In this document: positions 8,548-19,113 of the stretch, in pieces | Layout: the number at the start of each line of letters is the position of its first letter | How positions within the stretch are numbered: the stretch's first letter is position 1 | Assembly: GCA_945829445.1 (NCBI GenBank) | Contig: CALZUY010000004.1 | Span: 153 to 64,152, forward strand | Origin: an uncultured Clostridia bacterium | Lineage (GTDB): Bacteria; Bacillota; Clostridia; Oscillospirales; Butyricicoccaceae | Length of the DNA: 64,000 nucleotides | Direction of reading: 5' to 3' | Translations under genes and position numbers: made by a program | The notes under the pieces: model-generated | Told to the model about the DNA's origin: nothing | Seen by the model: the letters and a program-made list of their open reading frames with translations, nothing else | Database searches by the model: none

Positions 8548-11190
8548 TTATTTCAGCATTGCATCGACAATGTTGTTGACTGCTTCGAGGGCTTCTTCCA
8601 GCTTTGCCGGATTCTTGCCGCCTGCGGATGCGGAATCCGGACGTCCGCCGCCGCCACCGCCGCACATCTTGGCAACTTCCTTGATGATCTTGCCCGCATG
8701 TGCGCCTGCTGCCAGCGCTTCCTTGCCGCAGACACAGAGCAGCTGTACCTTGCTCTCACCGGTGACAACCGCGAGAACGGCAACCATCTTCGGCGCGCGC
8801 TCCTTGATGAGGTCACCCAGTGTGCGCATGATCTCCGGAGACTCGGCATCCAGCTTGGCAGCCAGGACATTGACACCGTGAACATCACGCGACAGGTTGA
8901 ACAGCTCGACCAGCTTCATCTCAGCCAGCTTGCCGTTGAGCGATTCAATATTGCGGCGCAGGTCACGCATTTCGTCGACCATCTGGCCCGCACGCGCAAC
9001 AACATCGTTCGGAGTCGTTTTCAGCTCAGATGCGATCTCAGCCAGCGTCTCCTGACGCTTCTCGAACATGTCGAGGAATGCACGGCCGGTGAGTGCTTCG
9101 ATACGGCGGACACCTGCCGCAACCGATGCCTCGCTGACGATCTTGAACATACCAGCCTTTGCGGTGTTGTCCAGATGCGTGCCGCCGCAGAACTCGATGG
9201 AGAAGTCACCTGCGCGGACAACGCGGACGATATCGCCGTATTTTTCACCGAACAGCGCCATTGCGCCCAGCTTCTTTGCTTCATCAATCGGCATCTCGTC
9301 GGTGCGAACCGTCATGCCTTCGAGAATCGCGTTGTTGACAATGCGCTCAACCTTCGCAATTTCCTCCGGCGTCATCGCAGCAAAATGCGTGAAGTCAAAG
9401 CGGACATGGTCAGCATCGGTGTAGGAACCAGCCTGCTCGACATGGCTGCCGAGTACCTCGCGCAGTGCCTGCTGCAGCAGGTGGGTTGCGGTATGGGAAC
9501 GGCAGATCGCCTGACGGCGCTCCTTGTCGACCTTACAGGTGACAGTATCGCCGCGGCTGATGACACCGCTCTTGACGACGCCGGAATGCAGGTACATGCG
9601 TCCGTCGCCGCTCTTCTGTACGTTATCAATTTCAATCTCGCAGTCACCGTGCGAAATGGTGCCGTGATCCGGTACCTGGCCGCCCATCTCCGCATAAAAC
9701 GGCGTGCGGTCGAGTACGAGCGTCAGCTTTGCGCCTGCGCGGACTGCGTCAGTGCTCTCGCCTTCCGAAACGATGGCGAGGACATTTGCGGTTGCTTCCA
9801 GATTGTCATAGCCGCAGAACTCCGTGCTCAGAGACTTGTCCAGGCCAAGGTCTTCCGATGCCCAGCCGAGATCGCCCATGCGCTTGCGGTCCTCACGGGA
9901 ACGCTCCTTCTGCTCCTGAATCAGCGCATCAAAACCGTCGCGGTCGGTGGTCATGCCCTGCTCCTCGAGGATCTCGATGGTCAGGTCAATCGGGAAGCCG
10001 TAGGTGTCGTGCAGCTTGAAAGCATCAGAAGCCGGAAGCTCGGTCTTGCCGTCCTTCTTTGCAGCCTCAATCATGTCGTTGAGAATATTCAGGCCTGCGT
10101 CAACCGTTGCATCGAAGCGCTCTTCTTCGACCTGAATGACCTTGCGGATATACTCCTGCTTCTCGATCAGTGCCGGATATGCACCACCGCTCTCCTGAAT
10201 GACGGTATCACATACCTGATACAGGAACGGCTTGTCGATACCGAGCAGCTTGCCATGGCGTGCCGCGCGGCGCAGCAGGCGGCGCAGAACATAGCCGCGG
10301 CCCTCGTTGGACGGGATAACGCCGTCGCAGATCATCATAACGGTGGAACGGATGTGGTCAGTGATGACGCGCAGGGAAACGTCGGTCTTGTACGACTCAC
10401 CGTAGGTCTTGCCGGAAATGCGGGAGACATGATCGGTGATGTTGCGGACGGTATCCACATCAAACAGCGAATCGACGTCCTGCATGACAACTGCCAGACG
10501 CTCCAGACCCATGCCGGTGTCGATGTTCTTCTGAATCAGCTCAGTGTAGTTGCCCTGACCGTCGTTGTTGAACTGGGAGAATACGTTGTTCCAGACCTCC
10601 ATATAGCGGTCACAGTCACAACCGACCGTACAGCCCGGCTTGCCGCAGCCATACTTCTCGCCGCGGTCATAGTAAATCTCAGAGCACGGGCCGCACGGAC
10701 CGGAGCCATGCTCCCAGAAGTTGTCTTCCTTGCCGAAGCGGAAGATACGCTCTGCCGGAATGCCGATCTGCTTGTTCCAGATTTCAAATGCCTCATCGTC
10801 ATCCTCATAGATGGACGGATACAGGCGGTTCGGGTCGAGACCCATGACCTCGGTCAGGAATTCCCAGCTCCATGCGATGGCTTCCTTCTTGAAGTAATCG
10901 CCAAAGGAGAAGTTGCCCAGCATCTCAAAGAAGGTGCCGTGACGTGCGGTCTTGCCGACATTCTCAATGTCGCCGGTACGGATACATTTCTGGCAGGTTG
11001 TGACGCGGCGGCGCGGCGGCTCCTGTTCACCGGTAAAGTACGGCTTGAGCGGTGCCATACCGGAATTGATGAGCAGCAGCGACTTGTCGCCCTGCGGAAT
11101 CAGGGAAAAGCTCGGCAGTCTCAGATGATCCTTGGACTCAAAGAATGCGAGAAACTTTTCACGGATTTCATTTAAACCCATGTACTGCAT
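8548..11190 (-). CDS. alaS: Alanine--tRNA ligase
   Basis: HGTFFEMLGNFSFGDYFK, DTGMGLER, HTATHLL and CGGTH editing motifs, GGGGG C-terminus. Confidence 0.98.
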   Translation of the reverse strand: MQYMGLNEIREKFLAFFESKDHLRLPSFSLIPQGDKSLLLINSGMAPLKPYFTGEQEPPRRRVTTCQKCIRTGDIENVGKTARHGTFFEMLGNFSFGDYFKKEAIAWSWEFLTEVMGLDPNRLYPSIYEDDDEAFEIWNKQIGIPAERIFRFGKEDNFWEHGSGPCGPCSEIYYDRGEKYGCGKPGCTVGCDCDRYMEVWNNVFSQFNNDGQGNYTELIQKNIDTGMGLERLAVVMQDVDSLFDVDTVRNITDHVSRISGKTYGESYKTDVSLRVITDHIRSTVMMICDGVIPSNEGRGYVLRRLLRRAARHGKLLGIDKPFLYQVCDTVIQESGGAYPALIEKQEYIRKVIQVEEERFDATVDAGLNILNDMIEAAKKDGKTELPASDAFKLHDTYGFPIDLTIEILEEQGMTTDRDGFDALIQEQKERSREDRKRMGDLGWASEDLGLDKSLSTEFCGYDNLEATANVLAIVSEGESTDAVRAGAKLTLVLDRTPFYAEMGGQVPDHGTISHGDCEIEIDNVQKSGDGRMYLHSGVVKSGVISRGDTVTCKVDKERRQAICRSHTATHLLQQALREVLGSHVEQAGSYTDADHVRFDFTHFAAMTPEEIAKVERIVNNAILEGMTVRTDEMPIDEAKKLGAMALFGEKYGDIVRVVRAGDFSIEFCGGTHLDNTAKAGMFKIVSEASVAAGVRRIEALTGRAFLDMFEKRQETLAEIASELKTTPNDVVARAGQMVDEMRDLRRNIESLNGKLAEMKLVELFNLSRDVHGVNVLAAKLDAESPEIMRTLGDLIKERAPKMVAVLAVVTGESKVQLLCVCGKEALAAGAHAGKIIKEVAKMCGGGGGGRPDSASAGGKNPAKLEEALEAVNNIVDAMLK

Positions 11191-11231
11191 GAAAATTGCC
11201 TCCAACTATTGATATAAATTTATTGTTTTAC

Positions 11232-11455
11232 AGATAAAAAAGCCCTCGCCCGGTATAGGGGCGAAGGCTTTGCTCGCGGTACCACCCTAATTTGCCGGAA
11301 ACCCGGCATCTCAGTGCGCCCTTAACGCGGGCAGACGATCCGGTTCTTTCCCGGATGGCTCAGAAATGGCTGACAGGCTCCTGCGCTGCGGGGCTTTCAC
11401 CGTCCCCCGCTCTCTGCAAGGCGGTATGCGCTGTCTCGTTCCGTCATCGCCAAAA
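11232..11455 (-). promoter_or_regulatory. T-box riboswitch leader of alaS
   Basis: T-box GGTGGTACCGCG (11275-11286, minus); AGAGAG and GGTGAAA stem-I motifs; terminator hairpin with T-run at ~11236-11272; promoter TTGACA-16-TATAAT at 11474-11501; candidate Ala specifier GCC/GCA, not firmly placed. Confidence 0.9.
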
Positions 11456-11497
11456 TAGCTGTATAACGCTTTCATTATACACGTTTGTGTGGATTTG

Positions 11498-12742
11498 TCA
11501 ACCGTTTTTGACCGGATTTGCCGCTTTTTCCTTGCGCAGGATTGCAAAATCCGAGACCTGGAACGGGAATTTCATATGAATGCGCATCATGGCTGAGCGC
11601 GCCGCATCGAGAATTTCCCCGTCATCGTTGCGCATTTCCTCCACGCGGAAGGAATAAACCGGTTTGCCCGGCTGCATCAGCTCGAGCGTGTCGCCGCTGA
11701 AAAAGCGGTTCTTGAGTACAAATACAGCGTTGCCGTCTGCATCACACGACTCAAACAGTGCAGCAATCTCCCAGTCGCGTATGTACATGACGTCCGGGTA
11801 ATACTGCCCCTTCGGGTCGCGCCCGAAGTAAAAGCCGGTAAAGTATTCGCGGTGGCTGATTTTGCCGATTTCCTCGCGGATATCCTCCGGAACCTTGAAG
11901 TCGGGCGTCGGGTTTGCCAGATAGGCATCAACCGCACGGCGGTACGCGGCAGTGATGCCCGCTGTATAATAGGCAGTCTTTGCACGGCCTTCAATCTTAA
12001 ACGAAGTAATGCCTGCCGCAATCAGCTCGGGAATATGGTCGATCATGCACATATCCTTGGAGTTGTACAGATATGTGCCCCGTTCGTCCTCATCGACCGG
12101 GAAATACTGTCCCGGCCGCTTCTCCTCCATCAGCGCATATTTCCAGCGGCAGGACTGTGCACAGGCGCCGTGGTTGGCATCGCGTCCGGTGGTATAGTTG
12201 GAAATCAGACAGCGTCCGGAATAGGAGATGCACATCGCGCCGTGGACAAAGCACTCGATTTCGACTTCCGGCGGAATATGGTCGCGGATGGTTTTGATTT
12301 CCTCCAGCGTCAGCTCGCGCGCGAGCACAATACGCTCCGCACCCATCTCAACCCAGAACTGCGCGGCCTCATAATTGAGGATGCTCGTCTGGGTGCTGAT
12401 ATGCAGCGGCAGCTGGGGTACTACGCGCTTTGCCACGCGGATGACACCGAGATCGGACACAATTGCCGCATCTGCGCCGTATTCATACAGCTTTTGCAGA
12501 TAGGTCTCCAGTTCCGGAAATTCGTTCGAGCGCGGAGAGATATTGACCGTGACATAGACCTTTACGCCGCGCGCGTGCGCATAAGCAATGCCCTCGCGCA
12601 GCTCGTCATCGGTAAAATTGTCGGATGCCGCGCGCATGCCGAAATGTTTTCCTGCCAGATAAACGGCATCTGCACCGTATGCAATCGCGTATTTCAGCCG
12701 TTCCATGTCCCCTGCCGGAGACAGAATTTCAGGTTTGTTCAT
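11498..12742 (-). CDS. U32 family peptidase-like protein (probable tRNA hydroxylase, TrhP type)
   Basis: KPEILSPAG, GADAVY, HGAMCISYSGRC...C...C Fe-S cysteines, FKIEGR. Confidence 0.88.
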   Translation of the reverse strand: MNKPEILSPAGDMERLKYAIAYGADAVYLAGKHFGMRAASDNFTDDELREGIAYAHARGVKVYVTVNISPRSNEFPELETYLQKLYEYGADAAIVSDLGVIRVAKRVVPQLPLHISTQTSILNYEAAQFWVEMGAERIVLARELTLEEIKTIRDHIPPEVEIECFVHGAMCISYSGRCLISNYTTGRDANHGACAQSCRWKYALMEEKRPGQYFPVDEDERGTYLYNSKDMCMIDHIPELIAAGITSFKIEGRAKTAYYTAGITAAYRRAVDAYLANPTPDFKVPEDIREEIGKISHREYFTGFYFGRDPKGQYYPDVMYIRDWEIAALFESCDADGNAVFVLKNRFFSGDTLELMQPGKPVYSFRVEEMRNDDGEILDAARSAMMRIHMKFPFQVSDFAILRKEKAANPVKNG

Positions 12743-12755
12743 AAAAATCCTCTTG

Positions 12756-13877
12756 TTATTTTGCGTTCTTTTCCGCCTGTACCTTTTTGATGTTGGCGGT
12801 CTGCTCTTCCTGCGTCTTTGCGTAGATGTGGGCCGAGCCGTCAGCATTGGCAACGTAATAATAATAGTCGTGCTCCGCAGGGCTGACAGCTGCCTTCATT
12901 GCATCCAGACCCGGATTGCAGATCGGTCCGGGCGGCAGTCCCTTGCTGGTATAGGTGTTATATGGGCTGTCGCTCTTCATATCCTCATCCGTCAGATCGA
13001 GGTGGCCGACCGCATACTGGATGGTCGCGTCAATGTTGAGGTACGGATACTCAGATGAATGGTTCAGGCGGTTGGCGATAACACCGGAAACCTGATACAT
13101 ATCATCGGGATCGACGGCCTCCTTTTCAATCATGGATGCGATATTGACCATGTCAGCGACGGACATGCCCTTGGCTTCACACAGCTCAAGGAGGCTGTCG
13201 CCTTCCGAATCGTCATTCAGCTTGTTCTGGAAGTTGCCGAGCATTTTGTTGATAATGGTATCCGCTTCATCGCTCAGATAGAACTCGTAGGTATCCGGGA
13301 ACAGATATCCTTCGAGGCGGTTGGTCTCATTGCCCAGATCATCCGGCAGGAAATCATAGTTGAATTCGCCGTCCTGCAGCACGCTGGTCAACTCATCCTT
13401 CGAGCTCAGGCCATTTTCCACCAATGTGTCAATAATCTGTGAGATCGTATATCCTTCCGGAATTGTGACAGTCTGTGTACTGCGGTCTGTCAGGCGGATT
13501 TCATTGACAATATGGCGGTAATCCATATTGGAGTTGAGCGTCCACATACCCGGGCGGAACGTGACGTCACGATAAATGATGCTGGTAAACAGCCGGAAGA
13601 ACGAACCGTAATTGACAACACCGCTCTTGTCCAGCAGCTTGGATACCTGACCGACTGAGGCATCCTCCGGAATTGTAATTGTGATTTCACGGTCTTCCTT
13701 CGCCAGGGCAAACAGGTCGTTGCCGAGCAGAATGCCGGTTGTCGCGAGAACTGCGGAAATCAGCAGGATGCTGAGCAGATACAGTAGGCTGTTATGGCGC
13801 GTGGAGCGCTTTTTTTTGGAGCGTTTTGTGTTTTGTGACTCGGTTTTTGTATTTTTTTGGTTTCCAAACAACTTCAT
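12756..13877 (-). CDS. mltG: Endolytic transglycosylase MltG (YceG)
   Basis: N-terminal TM, TIPEG, LEGYLFPDTY, ASMIEKE, SPYNTY..GLPPGPICNPG. Confidence 0.93.
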   Translation of the reverse strand: MKLFGNQKNTKTESQNTKRSKKKRSTRHNSLLYLLSILLISAVLATTGILLGNDLFALAKEDREITITIPEDASVGQVSKLLDKSGVVNYGSFFRLFTSIIYRDVTFRPGMWTLNSNMDYRHIVNEIRLTDRSTQTVTIPEGYTISQIIDTLVENGLSSKDELTSVLQDGEFNYDFLPDDLGNETNRLEGYLFPDTYEFYLSDEADTIINKMLGNFQNKLNDDSEGDSLLELCEAKGMSVADMVNIASMIEKEAVDPDDMYQVSGVIANRLNHSSEYPYLNIDATIQYAVGHLDLTDEDMKSDSPYNTYTSKGLPPGPICNPGLDAMKAAVSPAEHDYYYYVANADGSAHIYAKTQEEQTANIKKVQAEKNAK

Positions 13878-13931
13878 ATCCGTATCCTTTCTCCCTCTGC
13901 CGCGGGCGGCGGAAGGGCGGGGCTTTTTCTC

Positions 13932-14822
13932 TTATTTCAGCGCGATGCTGACAACAAAGCTGGAGATAAAAATGAAAAATCCAGGGTTAATCAGACAGTC
14001 CCGCAGGACCTCGCGGACAGGCCGGTCACACGGCGTAAATGGACGAAGCGTGTGCAGCTGAACCTGTGTTTCCAACGAGCGCAGCGTCAGATAAAGCGTC
14101 AGCAGAAACAGAATCAGATTGATGTGTGTAAAGTATTTCCAGATTCCAAAGGAACTGTACAGGTGAATCAGATAATTGATGACGTAATAATAGCAGTTGT
14201 TGATGACATGCGCCAGAACAGCCGGCCAGATCGAATCAAACGAATAGACCAGAAACGCATAGGCACAGCCTGCAATCAGCGGGCCGATGAAATTCAGCAG
14301 CGAGCCGTGCAGGATGGCGAAGCAGATTCCGCAGAGCAGAATGCTCACAGCCGTCCCGGCTTCCCGTTCAAATGCGGAAAACAGCGCGCCGCGCACAAAA
14401 ATTTCCTCGGCAATCGGCGACAGAATGACAATACCCAGAAAGCTCAGGAAGCCGTACTGGTTTCCCACGCCGCTGGTTGTAACCATGCTGCTCAGATCCA
14501 TATCAGTCGAACCGCAGATCACATACACAACAAGATTTGCCAGAAATGACAGGAATGATACAGCGAGTGCGAATTTTACCGTAAATCCAAAATAGACCAC
14601 CGCATTCTGTCGGCGTTTCAAGCGGAAATTGAGCTTAAATGTATCGTCCTGCGCCTTGTACATGCAGTACGCCGGAGGGACAAATGCCAACAGCTCGACT
14701 ACAATTACGCCCAGTGCCGGGAAGGAGGAAAAAGCAAAGTCAAACCCCATGCTGCATACAGTCAGAATAATATAACATGCAAACAGCATCAGGCCCGGAA
14801 GCATGGTACTTTTATCCTTCAT
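13932..14822 (-). CDS. CPBP/Abi (CAAX protease-like) intramembrane metalloprotease
   Basis: EEIFVRG, FAILH and AHVINN motifs in a polytopic membrane protein. Confidence 0.88.
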   Translation of the reverse strand: MKDKSTMLPGLMLFACYIILTVCSMGFDFAFSSFPALGVIVVELLAFVPPAYCMYKAQDDTFKLNFRLKRRQNAVVYFGFTVKFALAVSFLSFLANLVVYVICGSTDMDLSSMVTTSGVGNQYGFLSFLGIVILSPIAEEIFVRGALFSAFEREAGTAVSILLCGICFAILHGSLLNFIGPLIAGCAYAFLVYSFDSIWPAVLAHVINNCYYYVINYLIHLYSSFGIWKYFTHINLILFLLTLYLTLRSLETQVQLHTLRPFTPCDRPVREVLRDCLINPGFFIFISSFVVSIALK

Positions 14823-15375
14823 GGACCTGCACCACCTCCTGTTCGGTTATGATACAGCCGCAGCGGATATCGTGCGGTTCGGCAGGCACCTGCTCCAGCA
14901 GGCGCGCCTGTGCACACAGTGCCATGCGGCAGGCGGATGTCTGCGGCAGAAAGCGGTCATAAAAGCCGCCGCCGTAGCCCAGCCGTGCCCCCGTTTTGTC
15001 GCATGCCAGTGCCGGAACAAGGCATAAATCAATTTCATCCGGCGGAACTGCCGTACAATGTGCGCCCGGCTCGGGGATGCCAAAGGTCTCCTCGGTCAGG
15101 TCGCCTTCTGATGTAATGGCGCGCGGCTGCATGATATGTCCCGGCAGGCATTTCGGCAGGCATACGCGCTTGCCGCGCTGCAAGGCGTCTGCAATGATAG
15201 CGTGCGTATCAATTTCGTCCGCGGTCGAATAATAGACAAACAGCGTCCGGCTGCGTCGGTACGGCTCGCTTTGCAGTACGTTTTCTGTGATTGCCCGGTC
15301 TGTTGCAGCTTTTTCCGCCGGTGTGGTCTGTTTGCGCTGGCGGAGCAGCTCGCGCCGAAGAGAAGCCTTATCCAT
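14812..15375 (-). CDS. 5-formyltetrahydrofolate cyclo-ligase
   Basis: KASLRRE, GIPEP, RLGYGGGFYDRFL, PHD motifs. Confidence 0.93.
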   Translation of the reverse strand: MDKASLRRELLRQRKQTTPAEKAATDRAITENVLQSEPYRRSRTLFVYYSTADEIDTHAIIADALQRGKRVCLPKCLPGHIMQPRAITSEGDLTEETFGIPEPGAHCTAVPPDEIDLCLVPALACDKTGARLGYGGGFYDRFLPQTSACRMALCAQARLLEQVPAEPHDIRCGCIITEQEVVQVHEG

Positions 15376-15907
15376 GGTATCCAATGCCATGGCGAACCTT
15401 GTCGGCAGCTTCCTTTCCGCGCAGCAGTTCAACCATAGTCAGACCGAGTTCAATCGAAGCGGCAGCACCACAGCCGGTGATGATTTTGCCATCGACACAG
15501 ACCAGCCCGTCGAGCACGTTTGCACCTGCCATTTTGTCGTTTACGCTGAAATGGCACACCGCATTTTTGCCTTCGAGCACACCCTTTGCAGCCAGCACAG
15601 ACGGTGCCGCGCAGATTGCCGCGATATAACAGCCATGCTCGACGCAGTATGAAATTGCCTTGTCGATGACCGGCTTATCGTAATAATTTTTCGTGCCCGG
15701 GCCGCCCGGCAGGAAAATCATTTCACAGTCGGAAAGGTCGAGCTGCTCCGGCAGGATGTCCGCCTCGATGGTCAGGCCCATCTTGCTCGTGATCGTCTTG
15801 CCAGTCACGCCGACGCGCGTCACCGGGATGCCCGCGCGGGCCAGCATGTCGAGCGGCGCAATCATCTCGGTGTCTTCATAGCCGTCTACATGAAAGATAT
15901 ATACCAT
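15368..15907 (-). CDS. DJ-1/PfpI (YajL/ThiJ) family protein
   Basis: GYEDTE, LPGGPG, AAICAAP catalytic Cys. Confidence 0.92.
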   Translation of the reverse strand: MVYIFHVDGYEDTEMIAPLDMLARAGIPVTRVGVTGKTITSKMGLTIEADILPEQLDLSDCEMIFLPGGPGTKNYYDKPVIDKAISYCVEHGCYIAAICAAPSVLAAKGVLEGKNAVCHFSVNDKMAGANVLDGLVCVDGKIITGCGAAASIELGLTMVELLRGKEAADKVRHGIGYHG

Positions 15908-15939
15908 AATCAGCGTCCTCCTTTATTATTAAACAAGTT

Positions 15940-16758
15940 TTAGTTGAACAGCAGGTTGAAATATCCGCTTTGTACGGGGGTATCGTCGTGATACCGGATA
16001 CAGCCCAGCCTGTGCGCGTTTCCGGGCGCAGTGACGCGCATTTCCTTGCAGCCACATGCGTGCAGAACAGCCTGTTCCAGTGTGGGAACATCCGTACCGC
16101 AGGCTTCCTGCGCCCACAGCCTGTCCGCGCCGTCCTGCCAGACAAATGCATATGCCGTCAGCGTGCCGCCGAGTTCCAGCCCAAAGGCACCGGCTCCCAG
16201 CGCATGAAACAGCGCGAGCTGTGCACACCAGTCGTCTGCCGACCGCAGCAGGCACATGCCTTCCGCGGGATACAGTGCCTGCATCGCCGGAATGTCGTCC
16301 TCTGTCAGACGGCGCAGCATGATGTTTTCTTCCGGCATTTCAGTGCGGGAAACCGTCTCCGTATCGACAGAAAAGGCTGTCTGATAGCCGAACTGGTCGT
16401 AAAATCCAAACAGCCATTCCTCCTGCGGGATCAGGATGGAAGCCGCGCGCTCTGCCTGCCGGTCCAGGTCAAACGAATGCATGAGCAGGCGGTCCATACG
16501 GTGCTGCCGCCGGCATTCCGGTGCGGTACATGCGCCGTAGATGTATGTCACCGGGCGCACACCGCGCGCATCGCGCAGCTGATACGGCAGCATCTGCAGC
16601 ATGGAGCAGAGCCTGCCGTCTTCCTCATCCAGCAACGTAACCGCCGGATTGTATTGATTTTCAAAAAACCACTGAGTAAACGCCTCATCGCCCGGAAAGC
16701 AGCGTTTCCAGAGCGCGAGCACCGCGTCAAAATCGCGGGTGTCTGCAAATCGGATCAT
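15940..16758 (-). CDS. GNAT N-acetyltransferase (Eis-like)
   Basis: YIYGACTAPECRRQHRM acetyl-CoA loop; FYDQFGY. Confidence 0.8.
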   Translation of the reverse strand: MIRFADTRDFDAVLALWKRCFPGDEAFTQWFFENQYNPAVTLLDEEDGRLCSMLQMLPYQLRDARGVRPVTYIYGACTAPECRRQHRMDRLLMHSFDLDRQAERAASILIPQEEWLFGFYDQFGYQTAFSVDTETVSRTEMPEENIMLRRLTEDDIPAMQALYPAEGMCLLRSADDWCAQLALFHALGAGAFGLELGGTLTAYAFVWQDGADRLWAQEACGTDVPTLEQAVLHACGCKEMRVTAPGNAHRLGCIRYHDDTPVQSGYFNLLFN

Positions 16759-17660
16759 GCGTTTTTCACCGCCAGGAATTTTTTGCCCATCATCACCGGA
16801 TGATAGGACAGCTTGGCCTTACGCAGGCCCTCCATTCCGAGGTCGTCCTCTCGATTGATGTAGGTGTAATCCGCGCAATTGTGCTGTGCAAATTGCTGGT
16901 TAATCATCGGATATGCGCCCGCAATCGATGCTTCTGCCTTCTCCAGCTGGATGACATAGGTGTCATCGCTGACCGGACAGCCCATCGTGAATGCAATGAC
17001 CGCGCCATCCAGACGCAGAATGCCGCCCTTCATGCCGAGTGCCTCCCGATTGTCCAGTGCGAGTGAAACCGCACAGGTTTCGCCGGAGTACATCATGCCG
17101 TTCGGACAGTTGTCGCCGGTCTGGCACCAGTGCAGGTGGAAGTCATATGCTTCCTGTTTGTTCGCGCCGGTCAGCTCTTCGTATGACCAGCGGCCCTCAT
17201 AGTTTTTCTTAAAACGGTTGACAAAGTTGCGTTTGGACTGCAATTTCTTGCCGGAAAGCGTCATGAGCTTTTCCGCAGAATAGATGTAGTCCGCAGAGTC
17301 CACGCCATCGGTAAAGGCATACCGCCCCGGAAGCACAGCTTCAATCTGTTCGAGCAGCGGCTCCGGGATGCCGCACATGGTAAACGGGATACCGCGTTCC
17401 TGTGCGTCGTCCTCCAGCATCAGCATGGCGGCTTTCAGATCACCCGCGCCGATCGGTGCAAGATACATCGGAATTTTATCCGGGAAGGTCGCCATTTTAA
17501 TGAACATATATCCATTCACAAAGCATACCTGTGTGTCGTAATGATCCTTCCAGATGAACAAATCTGCAAAACAGTGTTCACAGATCCGATAATTGTGCTT
17601 TGCCGTGCAGATGTCTGCGTTTGCCTTATCCTCTAACGTAACTGGTTTAAATGGTAGCAT
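16755..17660 (-). CDS. DUF2156 / aminoacyl-PG synthase C-terminal-like protein
   Basis: DYIY, LSGKKLQSKRN, EKA, INREDDLGMEGLRKAKLSYHP. Confidence 0.82.
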   Translation of the reverse strand: MLPFKPVTLEDKANADICTAKHNYRICEHCFADLFIWKDHYDTQVCFVNGYMFIKMATFPDKIPMYLAPIGAGDLKAAMLMLEDDAQERGIPFTMCGIPEPLLEQIEAVLPGRYAFTDGVDSADYIYSAEKLMTLSGKKLQSKRNFVNRFKKNYEGRWSYEELTGANKQEAYDFHLHWCQTGDNCPNGMMYSGETCAVSLALDNREALGMKGGILRLDGAVIAFTMGCPVSDDTYVIQLEKAEASIAGAYPMINQQFAQHNCADYTYINREDDLGMEGLRKAKLSYHPVMMGKKFLAVKNA

Positions 17661-17680
17661 AAAAGAATGAGAGTCTCCTT

Positions 17681-18340
17681 TTAAGGTATTGCGCGAAGCA
17701 CCGCTGCCGTGAGCTCCGCCGAGATGTCCTCAATCGTGCGGATGCGTCCGTCCTGCGTGCAGCGGATGCGGTGCCAGCCGAGCGAATCAGCCAGCTTCGA
17801 TGCAGTTTGATAACAATGTCTGAGATATTCCATGTCCTGCTCATGGATATCCTGTGTCTTGCCCTGACGGTGTTCGAGCAGGTCGTGCACCGCTTCGGTG
17901 GGCATATCGAGAAAATACACATCGTCGGGCGCAGGAATGCCCATGATGCGGTATTCGAAGTCAAACAGCCAGTCGAGGAATGCCTTCTGCTCTTCCCCTT
18001 CCAGCTTGGATGCCTGATGTACCGCATTGGATGTAGTATAGCGGTCAGCGAGTACCAGCCCGCCGTTTTCATAATAGTCTTTCCATTCGGTCTGATAGGA
18101 TGCATACCGGTCGACGGCAAAAAAAGTAGATGCCGTGTAGGCGCTGACATCATCCGGGTGCTCACCGAACTGTCCGTTCAGGTACATGCGGATGAGTGCA
18201 GACGATTCCTCCTGATAGCGCGGAAACACAAGCCGGCGGTACGAAATGCCGCGTGCATCTAAAAACGCACACAGGCGTTCAAACTGCGTCGACTTGCCGG
18301 ATGCGTCCGTGCCTTCGAGCACCAACAGCTTTCCACTCAT
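17681..18340 (-). CDS. tmk: Thymidylate kinase
   Basis: P-loop EGTDASGKST, ADRY motif; start trimmed to ATG 18340. Confidence 0.9.
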   Translation of the reverse strand: MSGKLLVLEGTDASGKSTQFERLCAFLDARGISYRRLVFPRYQEESSALIRMYLNGQFGEHPDDVSAYTASTFFAVDRYASYQTEWKDYYENGGLVLADRYTTSNAVHQASKLEGEEQKAFLDWLFDFEYRIMGIPAPDDVYFLDMPTEAVHDLLEHRQGKTQDIHEQDMEYLRHCYQTASKLADSLGWHRIRCTQDGRIRTIEDISAELTAAVLRAIP

Positions 18341-19113
18341 TTTACGGCCTCCGCGCGGATGCGCGCATACTTTTCGCGCACCTCTTGTGCCTTTCCGCAG
18401 CTCATCTTGCCTTCCGAGCATGCGCCGCAGGTACAGGACGGGCCTGCCTTGCGGAACAGCGTCGGCGCAACGGCATAAACCTCGCGGTACATCTGCTCTG
18501 CCAGCTCACGGATCTCCCACTGCGCACGGTTGCAGCAGCGCAGGCGGAAGAAATTGTACAGCGAACGGGCATTGGCCGTCATGACCAGCTTGGTCGCGCA
18601 GGCGTTCGGTAGCACATAACGCGCGTCCTCGATCGCTTTTTTTTCCGCCTTGCGGCGCGCTTCCTTTTCGGAGCAGCCCTCAGCGAGGAAGGTCTGCATG
18701 TGGCGCTCCTGCAAAATGGCAGTCAGGTTTTCATAGGTCTTCTGGTCGTCCTCCATCGCCTTCAGGAACGCTTCCTTCGCCTCGGGAACCGCTTCGATTT
18801 CGTGCGGGATGACAAATTCAAACGCATGCTCGCGCACATAACGCTGCGACTGCACGCTGAATGATGCCATGCGGTGCCGCGTAATCTGCGCCAGCAGCGA
18901 ACGGGAAACGCCTTCAATGGCGAACGTAAACGATGCGTGCTCGATCGGGCTTTCATGGCCGATCTCGGTCAGCATAGTCAGATACGACTGCGTTTTTTCC
19001 TCGTCCAGTCCGTCCAGCAGCGTGTCAACCGTTGCAGCAGAATAGCAGGTTTTCGCCGCCGCAGAGATCAACTGCTCCGGCATGGGGGTATGTGCGATCA
19101 GCTTTACGTTCAT
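18337..19113 (-). CDS. thyX: FAD-dependent thymidylate synthase
   Basis: GHESPIEH, RHRMASFSVQSQRY, DARYVLP, RAQWEIR. Confidence 0.96.
   Translation of the reverse strand: MNVKLIAHTPMPEQLISAAAKTCYSAATVDTLLDGLDEEKTQSYLTMLTEIGHESPIEHASFTFAIEGVSRSLLAQITRHRMASFSVQSQRYVREHAFEFVIPHEIEAVPEAKEAFLKAMEDDQKTYENLTAILQERHMQTFLAEGCSEKEARRKAEKKAIEDARYVLPNACATKLVMTANARSLYNFFRLRCCNRAQWEIRELAEQMYREVYAVAPTLFRKAGPSCTCGACSEGKMSCGKAQEVREKYARIRAEAVK

Noticed and set aside
8698-11175. Long plus-strand ORFs opposite real genes (825 aa opposite alaS; also 4753-6123, 19973-21193, 21467-22603, 30154-31518, and 48569-50002 opposite guaA)
   Set aside because: Antisense shadows of high-GC coding genes; no motifs or RBS
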